From the NCBI GenBank assembly GCA_937625935.1, contig OW569354.1, positions 496,001 to 560,000 on the forward strand: a stretch of 64,000 nt of DNA, written 5' to 3'. This DNA is from Tetramitus jugosus (lineage: Eukaryota; Protista; Heterolobosea). A model generated the notes under the pieces. That model searched no databases. It saw nothing but the letters and a program-made list of their open reading frames with translations, and was not told where the DNA came from. The position numbers and the translations under genes are program-made. Below, in pieces: positions 1-12,147 of the stretch (the first letter of the stretch is position 1; every line of letters begins with the position of its first letter).

Positions 1-863
1 ATTTCATCTTCCAACTCTGTTGGGAATGGACCACCACCGACACGTGTAGTGTAAGCCTTTACGACACCATACACATCCTTGATACTCGTTGGTGGCACTC
101 CGAGACCAGTGCAAGCACCACCGACACATGGTGAACTGCTAGTGACATATGGATAGGTACCAAAGTCAAGATCAAGCATCACAGCATTGGCTCCTTCAAC
201 CAAAATGGCACAGTTGGCATCTTCCTTCATCTTGCGATTCAAGTAGGACACAGTGTCCAAAATCATTGGCAACACAGCTGGAGCATACGTGTCCTTGAAC
301 AACTTTAGTTCAGCTTCCAAATCATGCACAGACGACAGAGTAGGATACTGCTGACACAGAGAGTGGAACAACGTACGAGTTCTCTTCTCAAACACATCCC
401 AAAAGAGCAAATCTCCGACTCTGACACCGTTTCTTGTGGCTTTGCTGCTATAAGTTGGACCAATGCCCTTCTTTGTAGTACCAATCTTGTCATTTCCAGT
501 GAGAGCAGCCTCTTGAATGCCATCAACTTCCTTGTGGAAACCAAACACAATGTGTGCACGATCAGACACAAAGATGCGACCATTGGTATCGATTCCACCT
601 TCCTTCAACACTCTTAGTTCCTCCAAGAGCTTTGGAATCTCAACAACAACACCGTTACCAATCAAATTGGTGCACGTTGGAGTCAGGATACCACTGGGCA
701 ACAAATTGGTGGCAAATTTCTTCTTTCCCAACACAATAGTATGGCCAGCATTGGCACCACCATTGTATCTTGCAATAATCTTTTGATCTTGAGCAATTAG
801 ATCGACTAATTTACCCTTTCCTTCATCTCCCCATTGACCTCCGACGACGACTGTGACTGGCAT
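1..863 (-). CDS. ADSS: Adenylosuccinate synthetase (3' end runs off the window)
   Basis: Manual translation from ATG at 863: MPVTVVVGGQWGDEGKGKLVD...GGANAGHT...IGTTKKGIGPTY...EGANAVMLDLDFGTYPYVTSS, the PurA signature motifs. Not in the ORF track because it is truncated. Confidence 0.97.
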   Translation of the reverse strand, partial: MPVTVVVGGQWGDEGKGKLVDLIAQDQKIIARYNGGANAGHTIVLGKKKFATNLLPSGILTPTCTNLIGNGVVVEIPKLLEELRVLKEGGIDTNGRIFVSDRAHIVFGFHKEVDGIQEAALTGNDKIGTTKKGIGPTYSSKATRNGVRVGDLLFWDVFEKRTRTLFHSLCQQYPTLSSVHDLEAELKLFKDTYAPAVLPMILDTVSYLNRKMKEDANCAILVEGANAVMLDLDFGTYPYVTSSSPCVGGACTGLGVPPTSIKDVYGVVKAYTTRVGGGPFPTELEDE

Positions 864-1671
864 AGTGTGTGATATGAAAACTAAGAAGTAGTTGTAGTTT
901 TAGTAGTAATAGTTTTAGCTATTATGGTGTTTGTTGTTGAGCTCTAGGAGTTTGCCGAAGCACACAAAAAACAATAAACAGAGAGTTTGGTTGTTTTAAG
1001 CTTAAGGAATCATATGCAAAGTGTGTTGATTCGATTTTTTGTTTGTGGAGGCTGCCTGCGACGTGTGTGGGAGATCGATCGTGATCGTTGGTGCTGAATT
1101 GATTCCGTATCCAAAATATTTGACTGGGCTTCTTATTCCCGACGGCATCAGAACTTCCAAGTTGTTCCTGTCGTAAAACAGTTTTCGCTCGCTGAACCCT
1201 ACTTATTCTTTGAATAGCAGGTTGTGACTTGGTTGAAATGGACAGAGAAGGTGCACTGGGTACATTTCCTTAGGTTCTGCAGGTGGAAACGTCTCCACTT
1301 TGGTGAAATACAATGATTGCGAGAGGAGAAACGAGAGTGCTTCAAACTTCAGTCATTCTTCAGCTAATAAAGGTATAGATGTTCAGTCATACTTTACAAC
1401 GAAACGTCTTGACCAAAAAACGAACTGACGTTGCCGACGGAGAATACCAACGAAAACCGCGAAAGATTTGACCTGAAAACATCAAGTGTTGTTCAGCTAA
1501 AGTCCCGTTCTTGGTGGCCAAAAAAATCTCCTCCAAGTCGCTCCTCACAAAAAACGTTCATCATCGCCGCAAGCAACAACAAAAAAAACATTTTTTTTTC
1601 ATCTTCTTCTTTGAACGAACCAATCACCAATCAACTCTTTATATAAAAACAACACCAACGACAACACAAAA

Positions 1672-2691
1672 ATGGCTCAATCCAAAAACTCACAATACGA
1701 CTATTTAATCAAGCTCTTGCTCATTGGTGATTCAGGTGTAGGAAAATCTTGCTTGCTATTGCGTTTTTCTGATGACACATTTACCACTAATTTCATAACA
1801 ACTATTGGGTATGTTGAGAGCTTTTTTTCTCTCTCTGTGTGTCAATGATGAGAGAGCGCGTACTTGTTGTTCCTCAAAAAAGCTTTTTTCATTGACAAGA
1901 AATCAAACAGCAAACTAACAAACATTTCATGTCACTTATACAGTATTGATTTCAAGATTCGTACCATTGAATTAGACGGCAAGCGCATTAAGCTTCAAAT
2001 TTGGGATACTGTATGTGCTGCTTTTTTTTTTCATTCTTCTGTTTTTTGTTCTGTTGAGAGAAAGATCTCTCTCTCACTCATACGAAGAAGGCTTTTTATT
2101 TCAATTGACTCACACACTCATTCATATCATCACCAACAATTATAACAACAATAATAACAACTATAATAACAACTATATCATGTATCGTAGGCAGGACAAG
2201 AACGTTTCCGAACCATCACAACAGCCTACTACCGTGGTGCCATGGGTATATTGTTGACCTATGATGTCACTGATGAAAACTCTTTCCAAAACATTCGAAA
2301 CTGGATGAAGAATATTGAAGAGTACGCTGCTGAGAATGTGAACAAGATTCTGATTGGAAACAAGTGTGACCTTGTTGAAAAAAAGGTGGTTGACTCTCAA
2401 AAGGGACAACAATTGGCTGCCAACTATGGCATTCAATTCTTGGAAACGAGCGCAAAGAACAATATCAATGTCGAAGAAGCATTCATCAGTATTGCAAGAG
2501 ACATTAAGACACGAATGATTGACAGTGGAGATGGTGAGTTGGATGGTATGATGTCCAATGGTAACAATAGCAATAGTGGATCGAACAGTGGTGGAGCATA
2601 CAATAACAACAATAGAGATGGTGGTAATATTGATATTGGATCAGGTGGAAATGGTGGAAAGGGAGGCAAGAAGAAGGAAGGATGTTGTTAA
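1672..2691 (+). CDS. RAB8: Rab8/Sec4-family small GTPase, 3 exons (1672-1808, 1944-2010, 2191-2691)
   Basis: [48 protein letters not shown]|[28 protein letters not shown] and C-terminal CC. GTATGT...AG introns join the exons in frame. Confidence 0.95.
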
Positions 2692-3220
2692 GAGGACAGA
2701 AATTGTTTTTTTTCATTTCTACATATTATTTCCTACACTCCATTATTCCCCCTCTCGGTTGTTGTCGTTGTTATGTTGGTGGTGGTGGTGGTGGTTGATG
2801 ATGAAGGGATGAGTCAATGGATGGTGTGAAGAGTAGTGATGATGGTGGTGGTGGCGGTTGGTGGGTAGTGGTAGTGTGGGCATATATGGATTGTTGTTGC
2901 GAAAGCATTGACATTTGGATGTTGTCTGGGTGACCAATCCTTTTTTTTTGATGAAAAAATGTACATATCGGATGCGCCATCCACACATGTGGTTTCTCAA
3001 TGAAGCGGTGCTCCTTGTCATCCTATCTATGCACTAACTCTGAAGCACCATATTATCATGCCTCCATAACCATCCACTATTTCTTCCTCCGTCCAAGATT
3101 CAACCTTCTCTCTCCTTCCTATTCAATCTATTGGATTCATATTTATTCCTGTACAGTAAACAAAGTTGATAAAATTTAATAATCTTTTCGTCATGCAATA
3201 ATTATTAATGTTTATCTTTT

Positions 3221-4336
3221 TTACTCTGTGAGTTTCCATATCTTGAGAGTGGCATCGTCAGACACTGTTGCCAACAAACTTGGATTGACTGGATTCCATG
3301 ACACACAATTCAAATCTGTTTCGTGTGCATTCAACTGTTCACAAACAAGTTCAAACTGAGGACTATTGTCACTCAATGAACTACCGTCCTTCAATCGAAA
3401 CAATCGAATCGTATCATCGCCAGCTGCTGTTGCAATCATCTCATGACCAGTCTTTGCCCAATCGGCACTGTACACGGTTCTCTTGTGTGACTGAGGCAAT
3501 CGAGCGCACTCTTTCCACATGAACTTTTTGTCTGTCATTTCCTCATCTTGATCATCCTGATCACCACCTTCGTCATTCTTCAAAATCAATCGACAAATGA
3601 CCAAATCCAAATCATCACCCACACTCACCATATGACTACCACTTGCATTGCAACTCAATGACCACACTGTAGACTTGTGAGCACGACAAATATCAGCACA
3701 GTACCAATCATCGACATCTTCGACCCAAGACCGCACAGTATCATCATAACTCGCTGTCAATAGCATCTCCATGGTCGGATGCCACAAGACACACTTTACA
3801 TCCTGAGTATGACCATTCAACACACTAATGCAATCAAAATCAGAGTAACCACAGTCGTCCAACGTTTCCCAGATCCAAACAGTCTTGTCTCTACCACATG
3901 TGGCCAACAATTGTCCATTGGAGTCCCATGAACAACTCTTGACTTCATTCTCGTGACCTTCTAGAGTCGAAACGCACTCAAATTTGAATTCATCATCATC
4001 ACCACCATTGTCACTACCACCAGAGCTTGTTCTTCTCTTCTCCCAAATGGTAACAGTGCCATCAAAGCTTGCACATGCGAGAACAGAGTCATTGGGTGCC
4101 CATGAGATGCATCGAATGGTTCTTGTGTGGTGACCCTTGAGTTCATCAATACATTCCCATGTTTGTTCTTCTTGTTGTTGTGTTGATGATGATGATGATG
4201 CTTGTTGTTGCTTGTAGATGCGAACTGTCTTGTCAGCACTGGAAGTGGCAAGGTATTTGCCATTGTGTGACCATGCACAACACCAAGCCCGATCTTTGTG
4301 ATCAGAGATGGATTGAACGAGTTGGAGCTTTGTCAT
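3221..4336 (-). CDS. CIAO1: Cytosolic Fe-S assembly WD40 protein Cia1/CIAO1
   Basis: WD40 repeats with the Cia1 motifs HTRTIR, LEGHENEVK, GHTQDVK, SYDDT and WYC. Confidence 0.93.
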   Translation of the reverse strand: MTKLQLVQSISDHKDRAWCCAWSHNGKYLATSSADKTVRIYKQQQASSSSSTQQQEEQTWECIDELKGHHTRTIRCISWAPNDSVLACASFDGTVTIWEKRRTSSGGSDNGGDDDEFKFECVSTLEGHENEVKSCSWDSNGQLLATCGRDKTVWIWETLDDCGYSDFDCISVLNGHTQDVKCVLWHPTMEMLLTASYDDTVRSWVEDVDDWYCADICRAHKSTVWSLSCNASGSHMVSVGDDLDLVICRLILKNDEGGDQDDQDEEMTDKKFMWKECARLPQSHKRTVYSADWAKTGHEMIATAAGDDTIRLFRLKDGSSLSDNSPQFELVCEQLNAHETDLNCVSWNPVNPSLLATVSDDATLKIWKLTE

Positions 4337-4581
4337 ACTGTTTTTTTTTGTTTTTATGTGGTGATTGTCTTGTTGTTTGTGATTTTTTTGTTATGAGAAC
4401 GGAGGAAATCAAAAAAAGCGGGAAATGCAACACTTGAATAATGCTGTTGTTTTTATCATTCATTGGTCACCAAGGACGACGAGATTATTGATACAATGGC
4501 TTTGGAGACGTCGTAATTGTCGCCATTGTAGATCTACTTCACCACACCCCCAAAAAAAACCATTTCGAAAAAAAAGCTTTT

Positions 4582-4791
4582 TTACTTTTCGCCTTCCTGC
4601 AACAATCCTCTTTCTCTCAATTCTGGTTCAATGTCCTTGAAGAGCTTTCCCTTGTTGTGTCTATCCCATAGCTTATCAATGCCTTGGTCGATGGCCTTTT
4701 CAGCAACGACAGCACCTCCCAAAATGAAGATGACATAAGGACCAGTTCTCTTGAAGAGAGTGTTATATACAACCTTTTGGAACAGACTCAT
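4582..4791 (-). CDS. QCR9: Cytochrome b-c1 complex subunit 9 (QCR9/UQCR10)
   Basis: 69 aa, VYNTLFKRT..YV.FI..GA...E......LWDRHNKGKLFKDI pattern. Confidence 0.9.
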   Translation of the reverse strand: MSLFQKVVYNTLFKRTGPYVIFILGGAVVAEKAIDQGIDKLWDRHNKGKLFKDIEPELRERGLLQEGEK

Positions 4792-5029
4792 TTTTTCGAT
4801 TGTTTTAATTGATGATTCACGCGGATGATGTTTTCTGTGTGTTTGGATTTTTTCTTTCCGAAAGTCAACCGCCCAGAAAATCCGCCTTTTTCCGATAGAA
4901 CCGCGAAAACTGGTGAAATGCCAGACTACAGGTATGTGTTGTTATCGACCAAGAGCTATCTCAAAATTTCGATTACTGAGTCCGTTTCTGATTTTATCTG
5001 TAACTCCGTGCAAATAGAGCTCTAAAAAC

Positions 5030-5460
5030 ATGGGAGTAAGCTTGGAGATTATCGTCAAAGGAGAGGGTAAGAGATTTGCAAAGAAGGGTCAAACAGTCGT
5101 TGTTCATTACACTGGTTACGTATGTGCTCAGACTACAAATTCACTTCATCTTTACAATAGCTCTTTTATTTATTGACACTAATATTGTGATCCCTTTTGG
5201 AACGTAAATAACATGCCCAGTTGAACAATGGAAAAAAGTTTGATAGCTCGAGAGATCGGGGTCGACCCTTCAAGTTTCGCTTGGGAGTGGGAGAAGTTGT
5301 TCGTGGTTGGGACGATGGAGTATCACAAATGTCTCTCGGTGAAAGAGCTAATGTAACAATGACACCTGATGTGGCCTACGGAGATAAGGGTCTTCCTGGT
5401 TTGATACCTGAAAATGAAACCATCACTTTTGATATTGAACTAATAGATGTGTTGGACTGA
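5030..5460 (+). CDS. FKBP12: FKBP12-type peptidyl-prolyl isomerase, 2 exons (5030-5119, 5221-5460)
   Basis: [11 protein letters not shown]...[12 protein letters not shown]|[28 protein letters not shown]. Intron 5120-5220 is GTATGT...CAG. Confidence 0.95.
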
Positions 5461-5526
5461 TCGAAGCGAGTACAGACCATATAGAACAAGGTAATAAAAT
5501 GTAGGTGTTCTGAGTATTGATGGTTT

Positions 5527-6081
5527 TCATTGTACCTTGGACGATAACCATTCGAGGGCTTCCTTTATCCCTGTGCCACTCAATACAGATATCATAAATA
5601 TCTCAATTGGTCTCGAGGATACACTCCTTGCTTGTTTTCCTGTCGTTGGAACGTCCAACACTTGTCGAAGCTCCATTTCAGATACTGCACCTCTACTGTC
5701 CAACTTGTTTCCCAAGATCAAAATGGGAACACTGGAGAGTGTTCCATCAGATAACAAGTTATGAAGTTCTTTCTTTGCTTCTTCGAATCGATCCCTTTCA
5801 TCTGCACTGACAAAGAAAACAAAACCTCGAACATCAGTGAAGTAGGGTTTCCAGAGTGCTCTCACTACCTTGTGACCTCCCATATCAAAAACATTCATAG
5901 TACTGTGTCCGCATGCTATCACAGCGCTTTCCGGAACTCTTGTGGGAGCATGTTGGACTAATCGACTCGAACGCATAAACTCCCACATGGAACTCTTGCC
6001 AGAGTTATCTAATCCAATAAACAGCACTTTGGGTGCTTCAGTCTCGGATATCGATTTCTGAAAGAACGAAAACAGACCCAT
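5527..6081 (-). CDS. SAR1: Sar1-like small GTPase (divergent); probable start MGLFSFF at 6081
   Basis: GLDNSGKS, FDMGGH..RALWKPYF, RFEEAKKEL, LILGNKLD, RPIEIFM.SV..G.G..E.L.WLS. Confidence 0.85.
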   Translation of the reverse strand: MGLFSFFQKSISETEAPKVLFIGLDNSGKSSMWEFMRSSRLVQHAPTRVPESAVIACGHSTMNVFDMGGHKVVRALWKPYFTDVRGFVFFVSADERDRFEEAKKELHNLLSDGTLSSVPILILGNKLDSRGAVSEMELRQVLDVPTTGKQARSVSSRPIEIFMISVLSGTGIKEALEWLSSKVQ

Positions 6082-6543
6082 TTCAACAAGTACTTCAAAA
6101 ATGAGTTGGGTGGATGAAGTTTGTTTGATTGGAGAAAAGATGTTCATACCATTCCGTCCCTCGGAAAGTCCCCAAACTTGCGATCGCATAGATTTTCTCC
6201 TCCAACCCTGCTGGTTACTGCTGTTTTCCATATTTGAGTTCCCAAAAAAATCAAGTGCAGATATCAACACCAGTGCTTCTAAAGCTCAACTACAACAAGA
6301 AATTATTGTACTTGAGCTCAACATCAACACCAACAACAGCCAACAGGTCTGCCAATCAACATTGAGAGCTTTCTTTGACATACTTTTTTCTTTGCAACCT
6401 CGCTTATAAATATATCCTATCTATCCAATCTTGAACCAACGAAAAACTTTCTCTCTGACACGAACAACAATAACAACAACGAAAAACACAAGTCGCGCAA
6501 CGAACATCAACAACAACCAAATCAACCAAATCAATCACAAAAG

Positions 6544-8844
6544 ATGGCAACACTGATGGATCACAGTGTCTTCAATCATTTGCAACAATCACAACAACAA
6601 GGCAAGAATCAAGTCATCACATCACTATCACCCTTCTTCAACAATCCACTATTGAGTGATGTGACGTTCATTATTCAAAACTCAAAATTTTTTGCGCACA
6701 AGCTCCTTCTCGCTGCACGTTCACCCTACTTTTATGCACTCATTTCACACAATTCACAATCCAATTCAAACACTCTTGAGATTGAGATTCAAGATGCAAG
6801 TGCCTTTGTGTTTCAACAAGTCTTGTATTGGATGTACAATGGGCAAGTCAATTGGAATGATTATTTGAGTGCAGGTGAACAAGTGTTGAAAAATTCTCTT
6901 CTTTTGCAACTCTCCTCATCACCATCTCCACAACAACAACAGCAACAAAAATCAAAAATGACAGGTACGACGACGACACCTGGTCATCATCATCATCATC
7001 TTGGCAACAATGGAAAGAATGATAATAATAATAATAGTATAATGAATAATAACAATAATAGTGGTAATAATGAAAAGATGGTTCATCAAAAGATGAGTTT
7101 GATGCCATCCATCGTGTGGGACCTATATCAAGCAGGTCAATTCTATCAAGTCAAAGGACTGTGTGATCAATGCGAGTTGAAGATTGTGAGTCAATTGACA
7201 AGGGACAATGTGTTTGCCAATTGGAGACAAGCTCAAATCTACTCTGCAATCAACACTCTCAACTATTGCATTGATTTTGTAAAGATGGAGTTTGCAAAAG
7301 AGTTGCAACACATTCCAGCTCCATTCTATCAACCACAGAGTGATCCACTGCAACTTCAAAAGCAAATTTTTGCCATTGTTCAACAACAACAGCAGCAGCA
7401 ACAACAGCAACAACAAGTGGTCAAGAATGAAGCAAGTCATCCAGCACAGCCGTCCGTGGGATCAGCAGGAGGATCAGAAATTTACAATTCACTTCAGCAG
7501 TACACGTTCCCATACAAGATGGCTCCCTCTGGTGGTGAATCTGTAAAGAAGGAGGATCATTCTACTACTTCTGTTGCTGTTGCACTTACAGGCAGTGGTA
7601 CGAGTGGTGGTGGTGGTGCTAGTAGACAAGTCAATGGACCACTTCGAAGATCAGTCAGTTTCTCTGATCAAGTGTCAGTCAGTGGTGGTGCCGCTAGAGA
7701 CTCCAAAACAGAGATTGTTGAGTTTGATATGTGGAACAAGAATGCTACACCACCGCCTGCCTATCCCACACCAGAGTCATTGGCTGCATTCCCACAATTC
7801 TTTGGTACTGGATCAGCGGCATCATCTCCGCTAGCAACCTCGCCACAAATGTCGTCAGATTCGATGACTGGCGTGAAAAAGTTGTGTCGTCGATTGAGTG
7901 TGATTCATGCCGAGTCGACAAGAGGTGTCTATTTGCAGCATTTGATATCTGGTGTTGGCAAGTTGTTGAGTGCTGAGAGAGCGAGTCTGTTCCTCTTGTT
8001 GAGTGAAGAAGTTTATTCTCAGGTGGCGCTAGGTGAGAAGAAGGGCAACGGTACGGAGCGACATGTCATGTGTTGTCCAGTGTTTGGTCACAGAGGAGCA
8101 ATCACAGGTGTTTTGGAAATTATTAATGGAACACAGAGTGGTGAGAACCACTTGCGAACAGTTGCGCTGCTAATATCTCTATTCTTGCAGGAGAATGGTG
8201 TCACAAACGCACCTACCTTACAACAGCAAGCGCCACAAACACTACAGCAGCAACAACAATCTCAATCGCAGCTGCAACCGCAACAACAACCTGTACTGCA
8301 ACAATTGGTTGAAAACCAACGACTGGTAGAACCATTGTACACTGATCCCGTAGCTTCTCTATCGCAACCTCTCTCATTGTCCAGTAACTGCTACAGAAGA
8401 CAATCAATCGTTAATCTACAAAAGATTGGTCTCGATTCAGACAATGGCAACGAATTCTCCCTGTTTTGGGACAATGAAGATGCGATTGACGAGAATCTGA
8501 GCGATTGGAACGTGGAGGAATTTTTGAGAGATGATGATGTATTACTAGAATCGCGCACAGGCTCTACTGCTGGCCTATTGTCCAACCGTCCCTCCAGTTC
8601 ATGCCTACTCGATGATCTGAGCGGTACCAACGACCCTCGATTATCAGTGACTGGTGGTAGCTCATTGGACCATCCATCCAGCAAGAAGAGGAAACGATCA
8701 GCAGATGGTCAATTGACCTATGGTGGCGTCCAACCAACTTCTCCTTCAGACTCTCAGGCTCCATTCATGCACTTTAGAATTCCACGATATGAACTGCAAT
8801 TTATTCAATTTGAAGGTGGGGCAATGAAGAAATCGAAAAAGTAG
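6544..8844 (+). CDS. BTB/POZ-domain protein with poly-Q/N tracts and a degenerate GAF-like segment
   Basis: FNNPLLSDVTFII...FFAHKLLLAARSPYFYAL (BTB) plus BACK-like helices. LLSAERASLFLL...MCCPVFGHRGAITGVLEIIN resembles GAF. Basic NLS-like KKRKR. Confidence 0.8.
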   Translation: MATLMDHSVFNHLQQSQQQGKNQVITSLSPFFNNPLLSDVTFIIQNSKFFAHKLLLAARSPYFYALISHNSQSNSNTLEIEIQDASAFVFQQVLYWMYNGQVNWNDYLSAGEQVLKNSLLLQLSSSPSPQQQQQQKSKMTGTTTTPGHHHHHLGNNGKNDNNNNSIMNNNNNSGNNEKMVHQKMSLMPSIVWDLYQAGQFYQVKGLCDQCELKIVSQLTRDNVFANWRQAQIYSAINTLNYCIDFVKMEFAKELQHIPAPFYQPQSDPLQLQKQIFAIVQQQQQQQQQQQQVVKNEASHPAQPSVGSAGGSEIYNSLQQYTFPYKMAPSGGESVKKEDHSTTSVAVALTGSGTSGGGGASRQVNGPLRRSVSFSDQVSVSGGAARDSKTEIVEFDMWNKNATPPPAYPTPESLAAFPQFFGTGSAASSPLATSPQMSSDSMTGVKKLCRRLSVIHAESTRGVYLQHLISGVGKLLSAERASLFLLLSEEVYSQVALGEKKGNGTERHVMCCPVFGHRGAITGVLEIINGTQSGENHLRTVALLISLFLQENGVTNAPTLQQQAPQTLQQQQQSQSQLQPQQQPVLQQLVENQRLVEPLYTDPVASLSQPLSLSSNCYRRQSIVNLQKIGLDSDNGNEFSLFWDNEDAIDENLSDWNVEEFLRDDDVLLESRTGSTAGLLSNRPSSSCLLDDLSGTNDPRLSVTGGSSLDHPSSKKRKRSADGQLTYGGVQPTSPSDSQAPFMHFRIPRYELQFIQFEGGAMKKSKK

Positions 8845-9095
8845 ATACTGTACATCATAAGCAATGTATAAACAACAAATTATGAAAATGATCATCGGCT
8901 TACAGCCTACGAGCAAGTTGAATGATCCAGTTCTTCGTTGGTTGTATCGTGTGAAGTCGGACTTTTCCGGAGCTGTCCATCGCCTGTCAAAAAACGCCAA
9001 CTTGTCCAACACTCACAACAAAACTCTCTTGCAACAAAAAAGCAACAAAAAACAGACAACACAGTCAAATAAACAACAACAACAACAATATCAAA

Positions 9096-9537
9096 ATGAG
9101 TTCATGGGAATCGTTAGACAGTGATCAAAAGGACCAAATTCGTCAAGCATTCGAAATTTGCGATGCTGATCACAATGGCTTCATTGACATAGAAGAATTG
9201 AAGGAAGTTTTGAAAGCTCTTGGTGAGGTACGTACTGTTGACATGAACGAACCTTTTTTTTCGCTCATTTTTTTGCCTGTACCATGTGCGCGCAAAAGAC
9301 TGTGAACGCTAAGAGCTAACTAACCACTCTCATATCTCACCATTTTTTTTTGATGAAATTGAAAAACAACACAAAAAAATGCTGCTTGTTTGCAACATTA
9401 CAACAACTACATTACAACAGGCTGCAACTGACCAACAAGCAAAGGACTTGATGAAGGAGATTGATATCGATGGAAATGGCATGATTAGCTTTGATGAGTT
9501 TAGAGAAGCTATGGCCTCATGGTGGGTAAAGGGATAA
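9096..9537 (+). CDS. Small two-EF-hand calmodulin-like protein, 2 exons (9096-9227, 9421-9537)
   Basis: DADHNGFIDIEE and DIDGNGMISFDE EF-hand loops. Intron GTACGT...CAG. Confidence 0.9.
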
Positions 9538-10014
9538 AGAAAATTTTTCACGTTCCACGCGTGCGAATTGACTCTCTCTTTCAATGGTAATATGTGCACA
9601 GGAGAGAGAAACGAGTAACAGCGAGTGCAGCACACACACGCACACTTTCACTCACCGTCAATATGTGCGTGTGCGCATGCTTCACTCTCAAAATTTGGAT
9701 ATTTGTATTATTCGCTGTGCCATCACAACTCCCAACCATCCTCCCATACAACTATTTGTAATTATATATCTACTACTCCTAAGAAGACAATACAAGAAAA
9801 AATACAAAAAATCAACTTTCGTAATCTCAGTTGGAATTTCTGTGTTTCTTTTGTCCATTGATTTCATGTCTGTTGTGTTACAAGCGGGATAATTGTTTTT
9901 TGTAATCTCACACAAACATACAATTCTAAGCTTCTTATTCAATCAACGAAAGTGAGCTCACTGAGTCCTCAGTCTGGGCTTGAACAGAAGCAAACAATGC
10001 TCTTCGACTATCTG

Positions 10015-10800
10015 TCAAGTGACAGAGAAGCTCATATCCTGTCCATCCTTGTCTGTAAATGTTACGTAGTGTTGTCCACGATAGCATCTCTCATCAGTCA
10101 ATAGCGTCAAGTTGCCATCTCCCAGTAGTTGAGTGTCCACAATCAAGCTTCCACTGTAAGATCCAGTAGTTTTCAAAATGGCTCTAAGGCAGATGGATCT
10201 CTTGTTGAGGCCGTAGATAGTTCCGCGCATGGATGCTAAATCCACAGCCAACAGTTCAACTTCACTCGTCGTTCTCTGGTTGACCGAAAAGAATGCTTTT
10301 CCAAGCTTTTCCTCGGGGATTGAAAGGTCTTTGCATCATCCAAGTTGTTCATAATGAGAGTTGCAACTCTTTCCAGGTGATACGGATAGATTGAACGTAG
10401 TACTGTTCCCATGGATTGCTAATGTAACTAGGAGACGGATAGAGAACAAGTTTTGCCTGCACAGAAATGGCTTCCAATTGACAATTGTTTTCAGGCTGCA
10501 AATGATAACAACATGTTGACCAAAATCTTCGCTCTTCATAGTAGAGCTTCCATCACCATAGTCCACAACGTGAGTCCAAGTGCTCGTCGGTTCACTGACA
10601 TCAGTGCCTTTCTTAGCTCAAAGTCATGAGTCATGTTCGTTCATTCTAAATTGGCATTCTGGAGAACCAGAGTACATTCTTACCAGTTTTCAAAATGCGT
10701 TTCGTGAAGAACCTACCGTTACTATCTCGATCATCGTGGTAGATGAGCAGAGTGACTCCGTCGTGAATGGGCGCGAACAAAAGCTGCTGATTTCTGTCGC
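10015..10800 (-). pseudogene. Degraded coding-like sequence, fragmented by stops
   Basis: Consecutive minus-strand ORF pieces (10646-10831, 10336-10566, 10015-10251). The last two are in the same frame and separated by a single TGA. No recognisable family. Confidence 0.35.
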
Positions 10801-10814
10801 AAACAGATCGACTC

Positions 10815-11977
10815 TTTTTTTTTAAATACAACCATTTCGGTTGCTCTTTTTATTGTCTTGCTTATTCACTTGCCTACGCTCGAAGAGCGTAGGCCCTGGT
10901 TAGTTACCAGTTGGTAGGCAATGATTCTCGGAGAGCGTCATTGCCGTTGATTACATTTATCCTTCGTTGTAGTGAACAGGTGGTGGAGAGTCTTAAGACT
11001 TCTCCTCTTGACACTATTCACATATGTTTTGGCTTTCTTCTGTGCCAGTGGCTTCTTCATTCCTCCAGACATAAGACCCTCAGCGACCTCCATGATGGCG
11101 TCCGTTTCTATACCCATCATTCCTTGTAGCAGTTCACGGCTAGACTTTTTGATTGGTTGCCTCACAACCTTTCCTTCCTTCAGTCGCACCTCATCAAACC
11201 AAACATCGGCGTAGGCAGAGTCCGGGATTCCCATATTCTTGAGCTCATGCCCCGCTTTCACAGCCAATTGCCTTCTAATCATAATGGGACACCTGATCAA
11301 ACAATGTAGCACACTTTCGGGCTCACTCTGACACCAGCTGCACATGATCTGTTCCTCACCAGTGTTGTATAGATATCGTACAACTTCTGCTGTGTGGAGT
11401 GTTCCACTGCGTACCTGTGCATGAAACCATTCCAGCTTCCTGTCTATACCATGGGGGTATTTGAGGAAGCTAAAATCTGCACCACTGTTATTTGCTGCCC
11501 TCTGTAGCCAACATCGCTCGTCTTCATCAATTCTTGCACTTCTTTCTTGATCAAACAGCGACTGTAGATGCGATCTACTTTCCACATGCAGATTTCCTTT
11601 GCACAAGTCCGGTTCTGCACCTTCGATGGACCTCTTCCCTTCGCATCCACACCCACTCATTTGGGATATTAACACTTTCAGCACCTCAAACGACATTGCT
11701 CCGACCTTGCAGGAGGGAAAAATATGTTTAAATTCCTTCAGACACAGTGGGTGATCGTCCACCATTAGTTGCTCACAGCTTGTGATACCTGCCTTGTAGA
11801 GCTTCTTGAGAATTTCACTTGGTACATACCTGGCCAACCAACAACTATCACAGTAGGGATTAGTTTTGGTGACACGTATTTCATGTTTGTGCATTCTGCA
11901 TGCACACCACTTGAGGTAGGAGTGCTTGACAAATTCAAGCCTGTTTCTTGACTGGAATACATTCTCATTTTGGAATG
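10815..11977 (-). mobile_element. 5'-truncated non-LTR (L1/Tx1-like) retrotransposon upstream of a 5S gene
   Basis: Poly(T) at 10815-10823 is the poly(A) tail. Exact 16-bp TSD GCAAACAGATCGACTC at 10799-10814 and 11978-11993. The ORF carries the post-RT LYKAGITSCEQL motif and a zf-RVT-type CSWC...ESVLHCLIRCP knuckle. Confidence 0.92.
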
Positions 11978-12028
11978 GCAAACAGATCGACTCGAAAGGC
12001 GGAAATAGGGCAATAATTTAAGTAAAGT

Positions 12029-12147
12029 GTCTACGTTCATACAATGGTGGAACCACCTCTTCCCATTTCGAATAGAGAAGTTAAGCACCATCTGGCTGAG
12101 TTAGTATTGAGATAGGAGACTACTCGAGAACCCTCAGTAATGTAGGC
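12029..12147 (+). rRNA. 5S rRNA gene
   Basis: 119 nt. Terminal helix GTCTAC/GTAGGC, A-box-like AGTTAAGCA, GTTAGTA loop E, C-box-like GATAGGAGAC, and a TTTT Pol III terminator. Confidence 0.93.

Noticed and set aside
305-786. Short ORFs in the track
   Set aside because: Shadow frames of the truncated AdSS gene on the minus strand.
2740-2880. TGG/TTG microsatellite-like tracts
   Set aside because: Ordinary low-complexity sequence typical of this genome.
6082-6270. N-terminal extension of the Sar1 ORF
   Set aside because: It begins at a non-ATG codon and is unlike Sar1. The start at 6081 gives a normal length.
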